The translations under genes were made by a program, and so were the position numbers. This document shows positions 9,996-19,082 of a DNA stretch of 64,000 nt, piece after piece. Source of the stretch: a virus (Duplodnaviria; Caudoviricetes); IMG/VR virus record IMGVR_UViG_3300031555_001469. One strand, given 5' to 3'. Within the stretch, counting starts at the first letter, position 1; the number at the start of each line of letters is the position of its first letter. Below the pieces are notes generated by a model. That model was not told the origin of the DNA and did not search any database. It saw nothing but the letters and a program-made list of their open reading frames with translations.

Positions 9996-11213
9996 TTATT
10001 CGTGTTTAGAACACTTACATTCTTTTTTACTAAGCTGTTCTATTTTTTCTTCTAATCGATTGCATCTCTTCTCTAAGTAATCGATCTTATTAACCATAGA
10101 CTCTAATAACTTACTTGTATTTCTTCGCTCAATGATATTAATAAATCTATAGTAGTGTTTATTAATAACCGTCATAAATTTCTCGTCATAATTATTAGGT
10201 CTAGTATATAAATCCCCACCAAATTCAAAGTTTACAGCTACACAAACCTGACAAGGATTATCAGACATCTTAGATTCATCAATAGCAGCAAATATAGCCT
10301 GAATTTCAGGATTAATAGGATTTTCATTATGAATATTTCCATATAAAACATCATTTCTTCTTTCAGAATTATAGAAGAAGAATCTATGGCAAGGATAGAT
10401 ATTTCCATCCGTATCCATTCCAACCATTCTTCTTCCTGAAGAACAACCAGAACATCTATCGAATCGCTTAAATGGGAATCTATTCTTATTCAACGTAATT
10501 TTAGATAAATCAGAATTAATCTTATCTAATTCTCTATCTAAAATAAGTACATCGTTATCGTCCCAATCATCTTCTATTACCCAAGCAAATTTAAAGTGAA
10601 CCTTTAAAGTTCTAATAAAATAAAGATAAGAATCATAAAGTCTTGGTAAAGAAGATTTAGAAATTACAGAATGAACGTGCAGTCTCTCATGAGATATATT
10701 GTGTTTGTCAAAGAATTCCTTAAACTTAGGAATAGCAGCTTCAACCAGATCAGAAGATTTAATACATGTATTAGCACATGGTCTATTACCATTCTGAATT
10801 TCTGGAATACCATCAATAGATAACTGAATATCTACATACCCAGTCAATCTGTACCACTCTTCTAAAAAGGCTTCAACCTTTTCATTATAAATAGTACCAT
10901 TAGTAATAATAGCAAACTTTATTTTAACACCAGTTTCTTTTTCTTTTTCTACACCATATCTAAGCATACTTATCATAAGATCAGTGCAGAGCATTGGTTC
11001 GCCACCAAAGAATGTAATATTAACAGTTCGCTTCTTATCGTTAGAAGCAATAGCATTTGCGACTAAAAAGTCAATCATTTTAAATGCAGTTTCTTCACTC
11101 ATATACTTTGAAACAGCTCTAGTATCCTTTTCAAAGCAATACGTACATCTTAAGTTACAGTTTTCTGTTAAAATAAAATAACAGGAAGTGATATTGGTAT
11201 CCATCATAACCAT
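9996..11213 (-). CDS. Radical SAM protein with SPASM/Twitch-like C-terminus (peptide maturase type), rSAM-2
   Basis: CNLRCTYC (CxxxCxxC), FFGGEP, SIDG, CSSG...DGNIYPCHRF, CQVC. Confidence 0.9.
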   Translation of the reverse strand: MVMMDTNITSCYFILTENCNLRCTYCFEKDTRAVSKYMSEETAFKMIDFLVANAIASNDKKRTVNITFFGGEPMLCTDLMISMLRYGVEKEKETGVKIKFAIITNGTIYNEKVEAFLEEWYRLTGYVDIQLSIDGIPEIQNGNRPCANTCIKSSDLVEAAIPKFKEFFDKHNISHERLHVHSVISKSSLPRLYDSYLYFIRTLKVHFKFAWVIEDDWDDNDVLILDRELDKINSDLSKITLNKNRFPFKRFDRCSGCSSGRRMVGMDTDGNIYPCHRFFFYNSERRNDVLYGNIHNENPINPEIQAIFAAIDESKMSDNPCQVCVAVNFEFGGDLYTRPNNYDEKFMTVINKHYYRFINIIERRNTSKLLESMVNKIDYLEKRCNRLEEKIEQLSKKECKCSKHE

Positions 11214-11292
11214 TTCTCCTTTAAAGTAAAATATTTGGTATATTGAGAAACAATATACCTTATTACTAAGTTTACAGTATACTAAAAACGAA

Positions 11293-11322
11293 AATCCTAG
11301 TAGAATTTAATCTACTAGGATT
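11293..11322 (-). terminator. Terminator hairpin
   Basis: AATCCTAGTAGA-ATTTAA-TCTACTAGGATT. Confidence 0.7.
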
Positions 11323-11326
11323 AAGA

Positions 11327-11509
11327 TTATTCTTCTTCAGCAATCTGTGTATATTCAGTGTTAATCTTATTCACAAGTGTTGTATACTCAGACTGAGTAA
11401 GATTCTTACCATTATAATACACACTACACATATCTAAGAGATCTTCCTTAGATCTAGACCTTGTATCAATAAGTCTTTTAATAAGATTATATCCCATTGC
11501 TGTATTCAT
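11327..11509 (-). CDS. Small XkdX-like protein (tail-fibre associated)
   Basis: 60 aa, ...NLTQSEYTTL... pattern; paired with upstream small gene as in tail-fibre modules. Confidence 0.4.
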   Translation of the reverse strand: MNTAMGYNLIKRLIDTRSRSKEDLLDMCSVYYNGKNLTQSEYTTLVNKINTEYTQIAEEE

Positions 11510-11519
11510 AAAATACCCC

Positions 11520-11873
11520 CTATGAATTTAATTTTGCTCTTAATAAAGAAACCTCGTATAATAAATCAGCTTCATAATCTAAAAGAGCATTTACAGTTTT
11601 CTTAAGTTCTTTAATTTCTTCTTCCGGTGTTTTATTAGGTTCTATGACATTTTCTGTATCTTTTCTATAGAAAGTACCAGTTCTATGATCATAATGATCT
11701 CCTATAGAAACAGGTATATTCGTTGTTTCTATAGCCAATGCATCAAAACCATAATCTTGTCTCGCCAACTGATTAGCAAATTCGTAGTTATCACATACTA
11801 TAGTATTCTTAACCACATAAATTTCTTTTATCTCATGATAAGATAATATAGCAAAAATCTGATTACACCACAT
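11520..11873 (-). CDS. Putative tail-fibre assembly/chaperone-like protein
   Basis: 117 aa; V.NTIVC...IGD.YD..TGTFY then C-terminal coiled coil. Confidence 0.4.
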   Translation of the reverse strand: MWCNQIFAILSYHEIKEIYVVKNTIVCDNYEFANQLARQDYGFDALAIETTNIPVSIGDHYDHRTGTFYRKDTENVIEPNKTPEEEIKELKKTVNALLDYEADLLYEVSLLRAKLNS

Positions 11874-11991
11874 AGTATCAAATCCTTTCTGTATAGTAGT
11901 TTAATAGTCGTTTATCTAATTGTTTTCCTAGTTGAACTATAACTGGAAATCCTGAACAAACCTATAAATGAAATAAAAAGGAGATGAGAAA

Positions 11992-13026
11992 ATGTATATA
12001 GGAATAGATGGTATAGCAAGACTTATATCAAAATTATATATTGGGATCAATGGAATAGCAAGAGAAATAACTAAAATGTATATAGGAGTAGATGGATTAG
12101 CAAGATTAATATATCAAGCTGGCGTAGCAGCTGGTGAAGTAGTTTTTACTTCATCAAAATCTTGGACTGTGCCAGCAGGAGTTAGTAAAGTGGACATCTT
12201 CTGTGTAGGAGGTGGGGGTGGTGCAGGTGGCTGGTATTTTAGATACAATGAATCTAATAGTGCCGGTAGTTATACAGATACTACAAAAAATGGCGGTTCA
12301 GGTGGCGGTGGGTATACTACAACAGCATTAGCTGTAGCAGTAACACCTGGCGAAACTCTTACTATTACAGTAGGTGCTGGTGGTGATAGAGGCGAAAGCT
12401 ACGAATATTATAAATCATATGGTGAAACTGCACAACATTGGGGGTCCGTAACAAGTTCAGGTGACATTACAGCAGGAGCAACAGGTGGACAATCATCTGT
12501 TAAAAATAGCAGCGGTACTGTATTATGTAGTGCTAATGGTGGTTCTGGTGGTGCTAAAGCTACGACTGGTACATCATCTGGAGCTTCTTATGTATCAGCT
12601 GGAGGTGCTGGTGGTTCTGGTGGTGGTACTAGTACTGGTTGTTATTATGTATTTAATGGATCACAGGGAGATATTACAACTCATAGATCTTGGTTTAGTG
12701 CCGGTGGATCTACTGATATTTATAGAGCTGTAGATGGCGAAAGCGGCCCAAGTACTGAATATTATAGTGCATCATCAGATAGCACACCTAACGTTTATAG
12801 TAAAGGTGGTACAGGCCAGGGCACGACTACAAGATATTTTGCGCAATCTGGAGGTACGTTATATGGCTCTGGAGGTACTCAACCATATGATGCTACAAAA
12901 GTTTCTATAGGATATGGTCCTTGGGCTAATACAGGACATGGTGGCGGTTACGTATGGTATGATGGTTGGACTGGCGGATCTGCAGGATCTTCTGGTGTAG
13001 TTATCATTAGATGGGCTGCTCAATAA
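11992..13026 (+). CDS. Glycine-rich putative receptor-binding/tail-tip protein
   Basis: Three N-terminal YIG[IV][DN]G[IL]AR repeats; FTSS.SWTVPAGV..VDIFCVGGGGG, GGGG motifs, GSSGVVIIRW end. Confidence 0.65.
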   Translation: MYIGIDGIARLISKLYIGINGIAREITKMYIGVDGLARLIYQAGVAAGEVVFTSSKSWTVPAGVSKVDIFCVGGGGGAGGWYFRYNESNSAGSYTDTTKNGGSGGGGYTTTALAVAVTPGETLTITVGAGGDRGESYEYYKSYGETAQHWGSVTSSGDITAGATGGQSSVKNSSGTVLCSANGGSGGAKATTGTSSGASYVSAGGAGGSGGGTSTGCYYVFNGSQGDITTHRSWFSAGGSTDIYRAVDGESGPSTEYYSASSDSTPNVYSKGGTGQGTTTRYFAQSGGTLYGSGGTQPYDATKVSIGYGPWANTGHGGGYVWYDGWTGGSAGSSGVVIIRWAAQ

Positions 13027-13030
13027 ATAA

Positions 13031-13060
13031 AATCCCTAGTAGAGAAATCTACTAGGGATT
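13031..13060. terminator. Bidirectional terminator hairpin
   Basis: AATCCCTAGTAGA-GAAA-TCTACTAGGGATT between convergent genes. Confidence 0.75.
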
Positions 13061-13064
13061 AAAA

Positions 13065-15248
13065 TTATTTATATACTACATAAATAGTATCAGTTGCTAA
13101 AGCACTCGAACCAGCAGTTAAATCTGTCGTACCTTTAGTTATCGGTCTTAAATTATAGTCTGAATAATTTGCTGTATGGAGCACAACGTGATCTTTATAT
13201 GTGCCATCAGAAGCTACACATCTATATTGTAATCCATTTTTATCATTAGGCTGATAAGTGTAATTACAAACCAATAAGCCTCTATAAGCATTTTCTTGCC
13301 CAGGGGTAGTATAAGCTCGTACAGTAGCATGATTAGCATCCGCCAAGAATCTCCCATAGCCACTTTGTACAGCTATATTTCCAGTTAATGTACCACCACT
13401 CTTAGGTAATGCATAAGTGCTAATGTTTCCAGAGTGCACCATTGTAACATTACCTGTTGTATTACTATTGAAATCTATATGGAATGCTTTAGATATTGAA
13501 TTATGCGTAGCAAAGAATCTAATATGATTATCACATACATCAATGTGTACATCTTTATCAAATACATTATTAGTTTCTGGTTTAGCTAATACTATCTCTC
13601 CACCTTCGCTACCAGAAGCGGCCATTATATAAAGTCCACCAGTAAATGTAGTCTTTCCAGTAACAGTACCACCAGATGTTTTTAAATATGTGGTAGAAAT
13701 TTTATTTCCATCACCATCATTTAATGCTCTATTGGCATAGTACCAATTAGCTGGATTTTCTATAGTATGATCTACTGTAGTCATTGGGGTTATTGTATAA
13801 GACACATCCCAACCACTTCCCCAATCTTCATATTTATTACCCCAATGGCCTATTGTCACATCAGAAATTCTGATATTAGGATAAGACCATTGAGTATCGG
13901 AGTTACCAATCTGAACAACACATTGCCCCCCATTATTTCCAAAATGTACAGGTAAATTACTAATTGCTGAATTAGCAGCAGATCTGCTTATGGAATATGC
14001 TGATATACATTGCCAAATAACAGAATCTTTACATATATATCCAGCAACAAAATAATCACATGATTTATCTGGTTCAAAATCATATATGGAAATTTTGAAT
14101 TTAATCATAGTATAAGAATAGAATTGAGGTAGAGTAATTGTTAAATATCCAGTAACATTAGCTTCTTTAATAGAATAACTACCGCCTTCTGGATAAGCAA
14201 TATATCCATCTTTTCCTACAGCCGGCAATTGAATTTCGCCTGCTGTTTCTTCATCTAAAATTTTAAAATAATTTGCATTTACATCAAATCGGTATAAGCC
14301 AGTATACCCATCTCTCATTAATAAAGATCCGTAAGCTCCAGCTGCATTACCAAACTGAATTCCGGCATCACCGGTTGTTTCAGTTCTAAATAATCTCAGC
14401 ATAATTGGATCTGAATGGGCTATGCGTATAGAACCATTTATTATACCACCTGATAAAGGTAAGCAATACATGTCATAATTACCAGTATCTAAAATTTCTT
14501 CAGCTGTAGAGAAATCACTAGATGCTCGCACTAAATAGCCATTGCTAAATCCGATAGAACCCATAATTTTAGCTTTATTGGCAAAGGCGAGCATTGAAGT
14601 ATTATATTCACTAATATCATTAAGCATTAAAGGTATCATAGAAGCAGTTATTGCTTGCGAACCTATCACTTTAACTGCAGAGGAATCAATATTATCAATG
14701 GCTTCAGTAATAGTACTACCAATTGAACTAATGTCAGTATCTCCTATTTTTGTAATCAATTCTATTAAACTCTTTATAGCTTTAGAAATTGATCCAAATA
14801 AAGTTTTCATTGTACTTCCGGATGCAACTTCAGCCAAAGTTTCATCCTCAGTAAATTCTACCGTATTTGTACCTATGTCAGAATATTTTTCGACATAATT
14901 AAATAGATCTAAGTTAAATGCTTCTAATACTTGAGGCTCCTCTCCATCCCACCAAAAGTCAGGTGAACCCATATCTCTTATAAGAAAAGTATCACCTACT
15001 TTGAGTGTAGCAATATTCTCATCAGTTAACCAAGCCTCTAATTCATCTATTGTATCAAAAACACGTATTGTTGTAGCTCCTTGAGCCATCGATAATGCCA
15101 TTTTAGCATTTTGTGAACTTTCCTCCACTTCACTATACAATTTAGTTACATTGCTAGATAATGACTCTAAATTTATTTTGTCTTCTTTAGACATTAAACC
15201 ATCTCTAGCACCTGTAGCAAAAGATCTAGGGAAATTATTATGAAGCAT
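13065..15248 (-). CDS. Tail fibre protein A
   Basis: True start MLHNNF at 15248 (AAAGGAG SD); GLMSKEDK motif; repeated L..SGGT.TG fibre motifs; N-terminus paralogous to 19083..20702. Confidence 0.7.
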   Translation of the reverse strand: MLHNNFPRSFATGARDGLMSKEDKINLESLSSNVTKLYSEVEESSQNAKMALSMAQGATTIRVFDTIDELEAWLTDENIATLKVGDTFLIRDMGSPDFWWDGEEPQVLEAFNLDLFNYVEKYSDIGTNTVEFTEDETLAEVASGSTMKTLFGSISKAIKSLIELITKIGDTDISSIGSTITEAIDNIDSSAVKVIGSQAITASMIPLMLNDISEYNTSMLAFANKAKIMGSIGFSNGYLVRASSDFSTAEEILDTGNYDMYCLPLSGGIINGSIRIAHSDPIMLRLFRTETTGDAGIQFGNAAGAYGSLLMRDGYTGLYRFDVNANYFKILDEETAGEIQLPAVGKDGYIAYPEGGSYSIKEANVTGYLTITLPQFYSYTMIKFKISIYDFEPDKSCDYFVAGYICKDSVIWQCISAYSISRSAANSAISNLPVHFGNNGGQCVVQIGNSDTQWSYPNIRISDVTIGHWGNKYEDWGSGWDVSYTITPMTTVDHTIENPANWYYANRALNDGDGNKISTTYLKTSGGTVTGKTTFTGGLYIMAASGSEGGEIVLAKPETNNVFDKDVHIDVCDNHIRFFATHNSISKAFHIDFNSNTTGNVTMVHSGNISTYALPKSGGTLTGNIAVQSGYGRFLADANHATVRAYTTPGQENAYRGLLVCNYTYQPNDKNGLQYRCVASDGTYKDHVVLHTANYSDYNLRPITKGTTDLTAGSSALATDTIYVVYK

Positions 15249-15306
15249 CTTATCAGCTCCTTTCTCTTTAGGGTCTTTAGTATTATTAGGATGTTTCCGT
15301 AGTAAA

Positions 15307-15335
15307 AGCCAGAGTATCAGAAAGATACTCTGGCT
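15307..15335 (-). terminator. Terminator after rSAM-1
   Basis: AGCCAGAGTATC-AGAAA-GATACTCTGGCT with TTTT on minus strand. Confidence 0.7.
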
Positions 15336-15339
15336 AATT

Positions 15340-16752
15340 TTATTTATCTTTTTCTTCACTTCTACGTTTAAGTTCTTGCCAAGTAATATCTCCTTTATAC
15401 TCCAAACTAGGAAGAGAAAGTAACATTTCAAATTCCTCTTCTGGAATAATTTTGAGAGCCCACTCTCTTGAAACGTATAAGTTATACCTATTTTCAGGCT
15501 CTTTAAGTTCATAGTATTTAGCCCAATAATAAGCATTTGCTAAAGCTCTTGCTTTATGCATTTCACAGATATATGTCGCACGCTTATTAGCAGTACCATA
15601 TGTCTGATAATTGTAAGCTGAGCACCATGAGCACCCATCTGCAATAGGGCAATAAAAGCATTCATCAGTACTCTGAGTTTTTCTATCAATACAATTTAAG
15701 CAATTGATATTACAAGAATAATCTTCGGAAGTACCAATACCTTCATCAACACTACCTATTCTTAAAGGTTTTCTTGAACAACCTAAAGAACTTTCCATAT
15801 ATCTAATACAAGGATAAAGATAACCATCTGGGTCACAGGCTAACATAAGGCAGTTACCACCACACCAATTTGTTATATCATCCTCATGTTTAGGTACAAA
15901 AAATTTCTCATCGAAAATGGATAAGAACACATCTTCAACCACATCTTTTTCAATTATATAATCAGCAGCTTGCTTTAACTGATAATATAATTCGGTAGCA
16001 TGGTGTTGTTCCCATCCTTCTTCATACACACAATTAGCATTAATATCTTTATAACCTAATTCAATCATGTGTTTTAAAGCAGAAAATACATGCTGTATAT
16101 TAGCCGGGGCAATAGTGATTTTACTTCCCATATAGTACCCTTTGGACATCCAATCTGTAGCACCAGCAATAGCAATATCATAGCTAGGAGATCCATCGTG
16201 GAATACTCTACAGCTATCATGCAATTCTTTATTCCCGTCTATTGTAATAGAAAAAGAAATATTGTTTTTATACTTATCTAAGAATTTCTGCACTCTTTCG
16301 TCAAAGTATAATACACCATTAGAGCAGATAGATATCATAAACTTATCAACCCATGGATGGTTCAATCTAATACATTCACGAAAGAAATAACTTACTATCT
16401 TATCAATTAACTCTATTTCTAAAAAAGGTTCCCCACCAATAAATTCAATTATAACAGCAGGAGATTTAGAAGGGTTAATATATTCATCAAATCCTTTTTC
16501 TCCACTAAGCAATAAATCGATAAATTTCTTAGCAGTTTCAAAAGACATTTTTCTTTGGCCTTTGTTAATCTGGTAGCAATAAGTACATGCCAGATTACAA
16601 GCGTCTGTTACCTGAAAAGTAACTGTACGAGATAAAGTAGAATTTGTTGATTTACCAGATTCATCTACTGTAACCAACTCAGGATATAATCTTGCAATCT
16701 TATCCTGATACTGTTCAAATTCTCGCCTGTTTCTTTTTCTCTCTCTAAGCAT
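15340..16752 (-). CDS. Radical SAM/SPASM peptide maturase, CXXX-repeat target type, rSAM-1
   Basis: CNLACTYC, FIGGEP, WCGG...DGYLYPCIRY, CFYCPIADGCSWCSAYNY...C; resembles the TIGR04115 family as I recall it; start 16752 overlaps the upstream stop. Confidence 0.9.
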   Translation of the reverse strand: MLRERKRNRREFEQYQDKIARLYPELVTVDESGKSTNSTLSRTVTFQVTDACNLACTYCYQINKGQRKMSFETAKKFIDLLLSGEKGFDEYINPSKSPAVIIEFIGGEPFLEIELIDKIVSYFFRECIRLNHPWVDKFMISICSNGVLYFDERVQKFLDKYKNNISFSITIDGNKELHDSCRVFHDGSPSYDIAIAGATDWMSKGYYMGSKITIAPANIQHVFSALKHMIELGYKDINANCVYEEGWEQHHATELYYQLKQAADYIIEKDVVEDVFLSIFDEKFFVPKHEDDITNWCGGNCLMLACDPDGYLYPCIRYMESSLGCSRKPLRIGSVDEGIGTSEDYSCNINCLNCIDRKTQSTDECFYCPIADGCSWCSAYNYQTYGTANKRATYICEMHKARALANAYYWAKYYELKEPENRYNLYVSREWALKIIPEEEFEMLLSLPSLEYKGDITWQELKRRSEEKDK

Positions 16753-17101
16753 TATGATCATCTCCTGATAATTCAAAGTTATCAAATGCTGTTCCGATTG
16801 TAGAGAATGTTAAAATACCAGAAGTAAAATCCAAGTTCCAATTTGCTACTGCATTAGCCTTCATGATTTCTTCTGGAATATAATTATTAATTAATTCGTT
16901 CTTTCCTAATTCATAAGCAGCAACTCTTTCATTATACTTCTTATTATAAAGAACAAATGTTTCAGATTCAAGAATAGCAGGGTTATTAGCATTATCTGTA
17001 ATAAGCTCCTTAATAATCCTTGACATTCCTTCAAGTTCGAAAGATAATCTTTCGAGATAATCTACAGTTTCACTATTTACTTTCATAGCAAAATTTTTCA
17101 T
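16745..17101 (-). CDS. Accessory protein of the CXXX-repeat modification system (TIGR04116-like, from recall)
   Basis: 118 aa helical protein ending in NWNLDFTSG; translationally coupled to rSAM-1. Confidence 0.55.
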   Translation of the reverse strand: MKNFAMKVNSETVDYLERLSFELEGMSRIIKELITDNANNPAILESETFVLYNKKYNERVAAYELGKNELINNYIPEEIMKANAVANWNLDFTSGILTFSTIGTAFDNFELSGDDHNA

Positions 17102-17152
17102 AATATAATTCTCCTTTTTATTTTATTTTAATAATAAGTTCGAGGCATAATT

Positions 17153-18103
17153 TTATATAGTTTTACCAGTAGCTCCCCCAAAGCATTGAGAGGTACAAGA
17201 AGTATTACATGTAGAACTACAAGTAGAGCTACAACTACTCTTACAATTTCCAGAACAACTACTTGAACATCCATAACATCCACCATCGCATCCAGAGCAA
17301 CCAGAACATGATCCACCGCATCCAGAGCATCCATAGCAGTCTCCAGAGCATCCGCTACCACAACCACTACTACATCCAGAACAACCAGAACATGAACTAC
17401 ATCCATCACATCCAGAGCAACTAGTACATTGCCATCCACATCCACCAGTACATCCGCCACCGCAAGAAGCACTACAGCCACTACTACAGTTAGCAGAACC
17501 ATCTGTTGATCCTGAACATGAACCTGTACAGCTAGTACAACCAGCACCGCATCCACCGCATGAAGAACAACCACTTCCGCATCCAGAGCATCCGCCGCAT
17601 CCACTACTACATCCACCACATCCAGAACATCCACTACATCCAGAGCATGAACCGCAGCCAGAACATCCCTTACAACCGTAAGTACAAGATGATCCGCAAC
17701 CAGAGCAGCCACCACATCCACCACATCCAGAACATCCACTACAACCAGTATTACACATACCATAACATAATCCAGTACATGCACCTCTACAAGAAGAAGA
17801 TGAACCTGTTACAGATTCAGCTGCCCATTTATCTAATACACTATTTAAAGTAGCATAGTCGAAACTAGAAGGCAATTTTTCTCCAGCAACGACATTTCTT
17901 AAATTACCTACGTCTGCTACTTTTAAAATTAAATCAATAGTTTTCTGCCCATGCTCCGCTAAAATTTTGCCGCCGGTAGCAGGACTAGTAGTAAAATCAT
18001 AAGTAGCAGCAGTATAACCACTTAGTGAGCCATAATATTGTCTTCTGGCAAACTCAGTTTTTATTTTTGCTTTTATCGCAATTAATTCAGACGGAGTCAT
18101 CAT
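17153..18103 (-). CDS. Cys/Gly/Ser-rich repeat protein (about 57 Cys), putative rSAM target A2
   Basis: About 103-aa Cys-free N-domain, then CxxC/CxxxC repeats ([10 protein letters not shown]). Confidence 0.85.
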   Translation of the reverse strand: MMTPSELIAIKAKIKTEFARRQYYGSLSGYTAATYDFTTSPATGGKILAEHGQKTIDLILKVADVGNLRNVVAGEKLPSSFDYATLNSVLDKWAAESVTGSSSSCRGACTGLCYGMCNTGCSGCSGCGGCGGCSGCGSSCTYGCKGCSGCGSCSGCSGCSGCGGCSSGCGGCSGCGSGCSSCGGCGAGCTSCTGSCSGSTDGSANCSSGCSASCGGGCTGGCGWQCTSCSGCDGCSSCSGCSGCSSGCGSGCSGDCYGCSGCGGSCSGCSGCDGGCYGCSSSCSGNCKSSCSSTCSSTCNTSCTSQCFGGATGKTI

Positions 18104-18164
18104 AAGTATTATTTCCTTTCTTCTAATATAGTATTTATAGGATTCTTAAGTAAGTATAACCTAT

Positions 18165-18176
18165 TATTTAAATGTT
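18165..18176 (-). promoter_or_regulatory. Late-type promoter AACA-N6-TA for target A2
   Basis: Minus strand AACA-TTTAAA-TA. Confidence 0.55.
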
Positions 18177-18198
18177 TCTGTAGCCGATTCAGAGGTAA

Positions 18199-18229
18199 AT
18201 ACCAGAGTATCGTAATGATACTCTGGTAT
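18199..18229 (-). terminator. Hairpin after target A1
   Basis: ATACCAGAGTATC-GTAAT-GATACTCTGGTAT. Confidence 0.65.
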
Positions 18230-18235
18230 ATCCAT

Positions 18236-19057
18236 TTAACTTTTTGTTGATGTTCCATAACACTGTGCAGTACACGTACTATAACAAGTACTACTGCAAG
18301 TAGTATTACAGCTATTGATACATCCCGATGAACAGCTAGATGAACAGCCTCCTCCGCATCCAGAGCAGCTAGAACATCCGCTTGAACAATCAGCACATCC
18401 ATTACACCCGCTACAAGAACTACAATGACCATCACATCCAGCACATAGCCCTTGACAGCCATTTACGCATGTACTATAGCATCCTCCACTACACGTACTA
18501 GAACACATAGTACAATTAGCTTGACAGGCTCCAGAACATGACATACTACAACTGGTACAACCATTACAGCCAGAACATCCACCTTGACATCCTACTGAGC
18601 ATGTATTACCACAAGCTGTATCACATCCACTACATGTACCGCAACCTGTACATCCGTTACAACTATTTTCGCAACCTGAACACCCACTACATCCAGAACA
18701 AGTAGAACCACAAGTACCTACACATAAGCCAGTACATGCACCTCTACAAGAAGATGTAGCTCCGGTAATTTCTTCAGTTGCTAAAATGTCTACATAATTA
18801 ATTAAAGCTTCATCAAAACCACTCGGTATTAATAAACCAGTCGATACACTAGGTAATCCCTCATGATCTTTTATCTTTAATAGTAATTCAATAGTTTTTT
18901 GACCATGCTCTGCTCTTATTAATTCTCCTGCAATTGGAGTAAATAAAAAATCATAATTAGCAGACGTATAGCCAGCTAACGATCCATAGTATTTTCTTCT
19001 AGCAAACTCATCCTTAATTTTACTCTTTAGTGTAATTAGCTGAGCTGCTGATAACAT
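18236..19057 (-). CDS. Cys/Gly/Ser-rich repeat protein (about 46 Cys), putative rSAM target A1
   Basis: Paralog of 17153..18103 ([32 protein letters not shown]). Confidence 0.85.
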   Translation of the reverse strand: MLSAAQLITLKSKIKDEFARRKYYGSLAGYTSANYDFLFTPIAGELIRAEHGQKTIELLLKIKDHEGLPSVSTGLLIPSGFDEALINYVDILATEEITGATSSCRGACTGLCVGTCGSTCSGCSGCSGCENSCNGCTGCGTCSGCDTACGNTCSVGCQGGCSGCNGCTSCSMSCSGACQANCTMCSSTCSGGCYSTCVNGCQGLCAGCDGHCSSCSGCNGCADCSSGCSSCSGCGGGCSSSCSSGCINSCNTTCSSTCYSTCTAQCYGTSTKS

Positions 19058-19082
19058 AGATCATTTCCTTTCAATTTATTAA

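Noticed and set aside
15249-15536. N-terminal 96-aa extension of tail fibre A in the ORF track
   Set aside because: It overlaps rSAM-1 and crosses a terminator; the SD and the paralog alignment place the start at 15248.
9996-16752. rSAMs as anaerobic sulfatase maturases or as nucleotide-modification enzymes (QueE/NrdG type)
   Set aside because: No sulfatase, que or nrdD genes nearby, and both sit directly beside Cys-repeat genes; not formally excluded without a phylogeny.
17128-18462. Val/Asp-rich alternative-frame ORFs (218 aa, 117 aa) and a plus-strand 97-aa ORF
   Set aside because: Frame-shifted or antisense readings of the CSG repeats.
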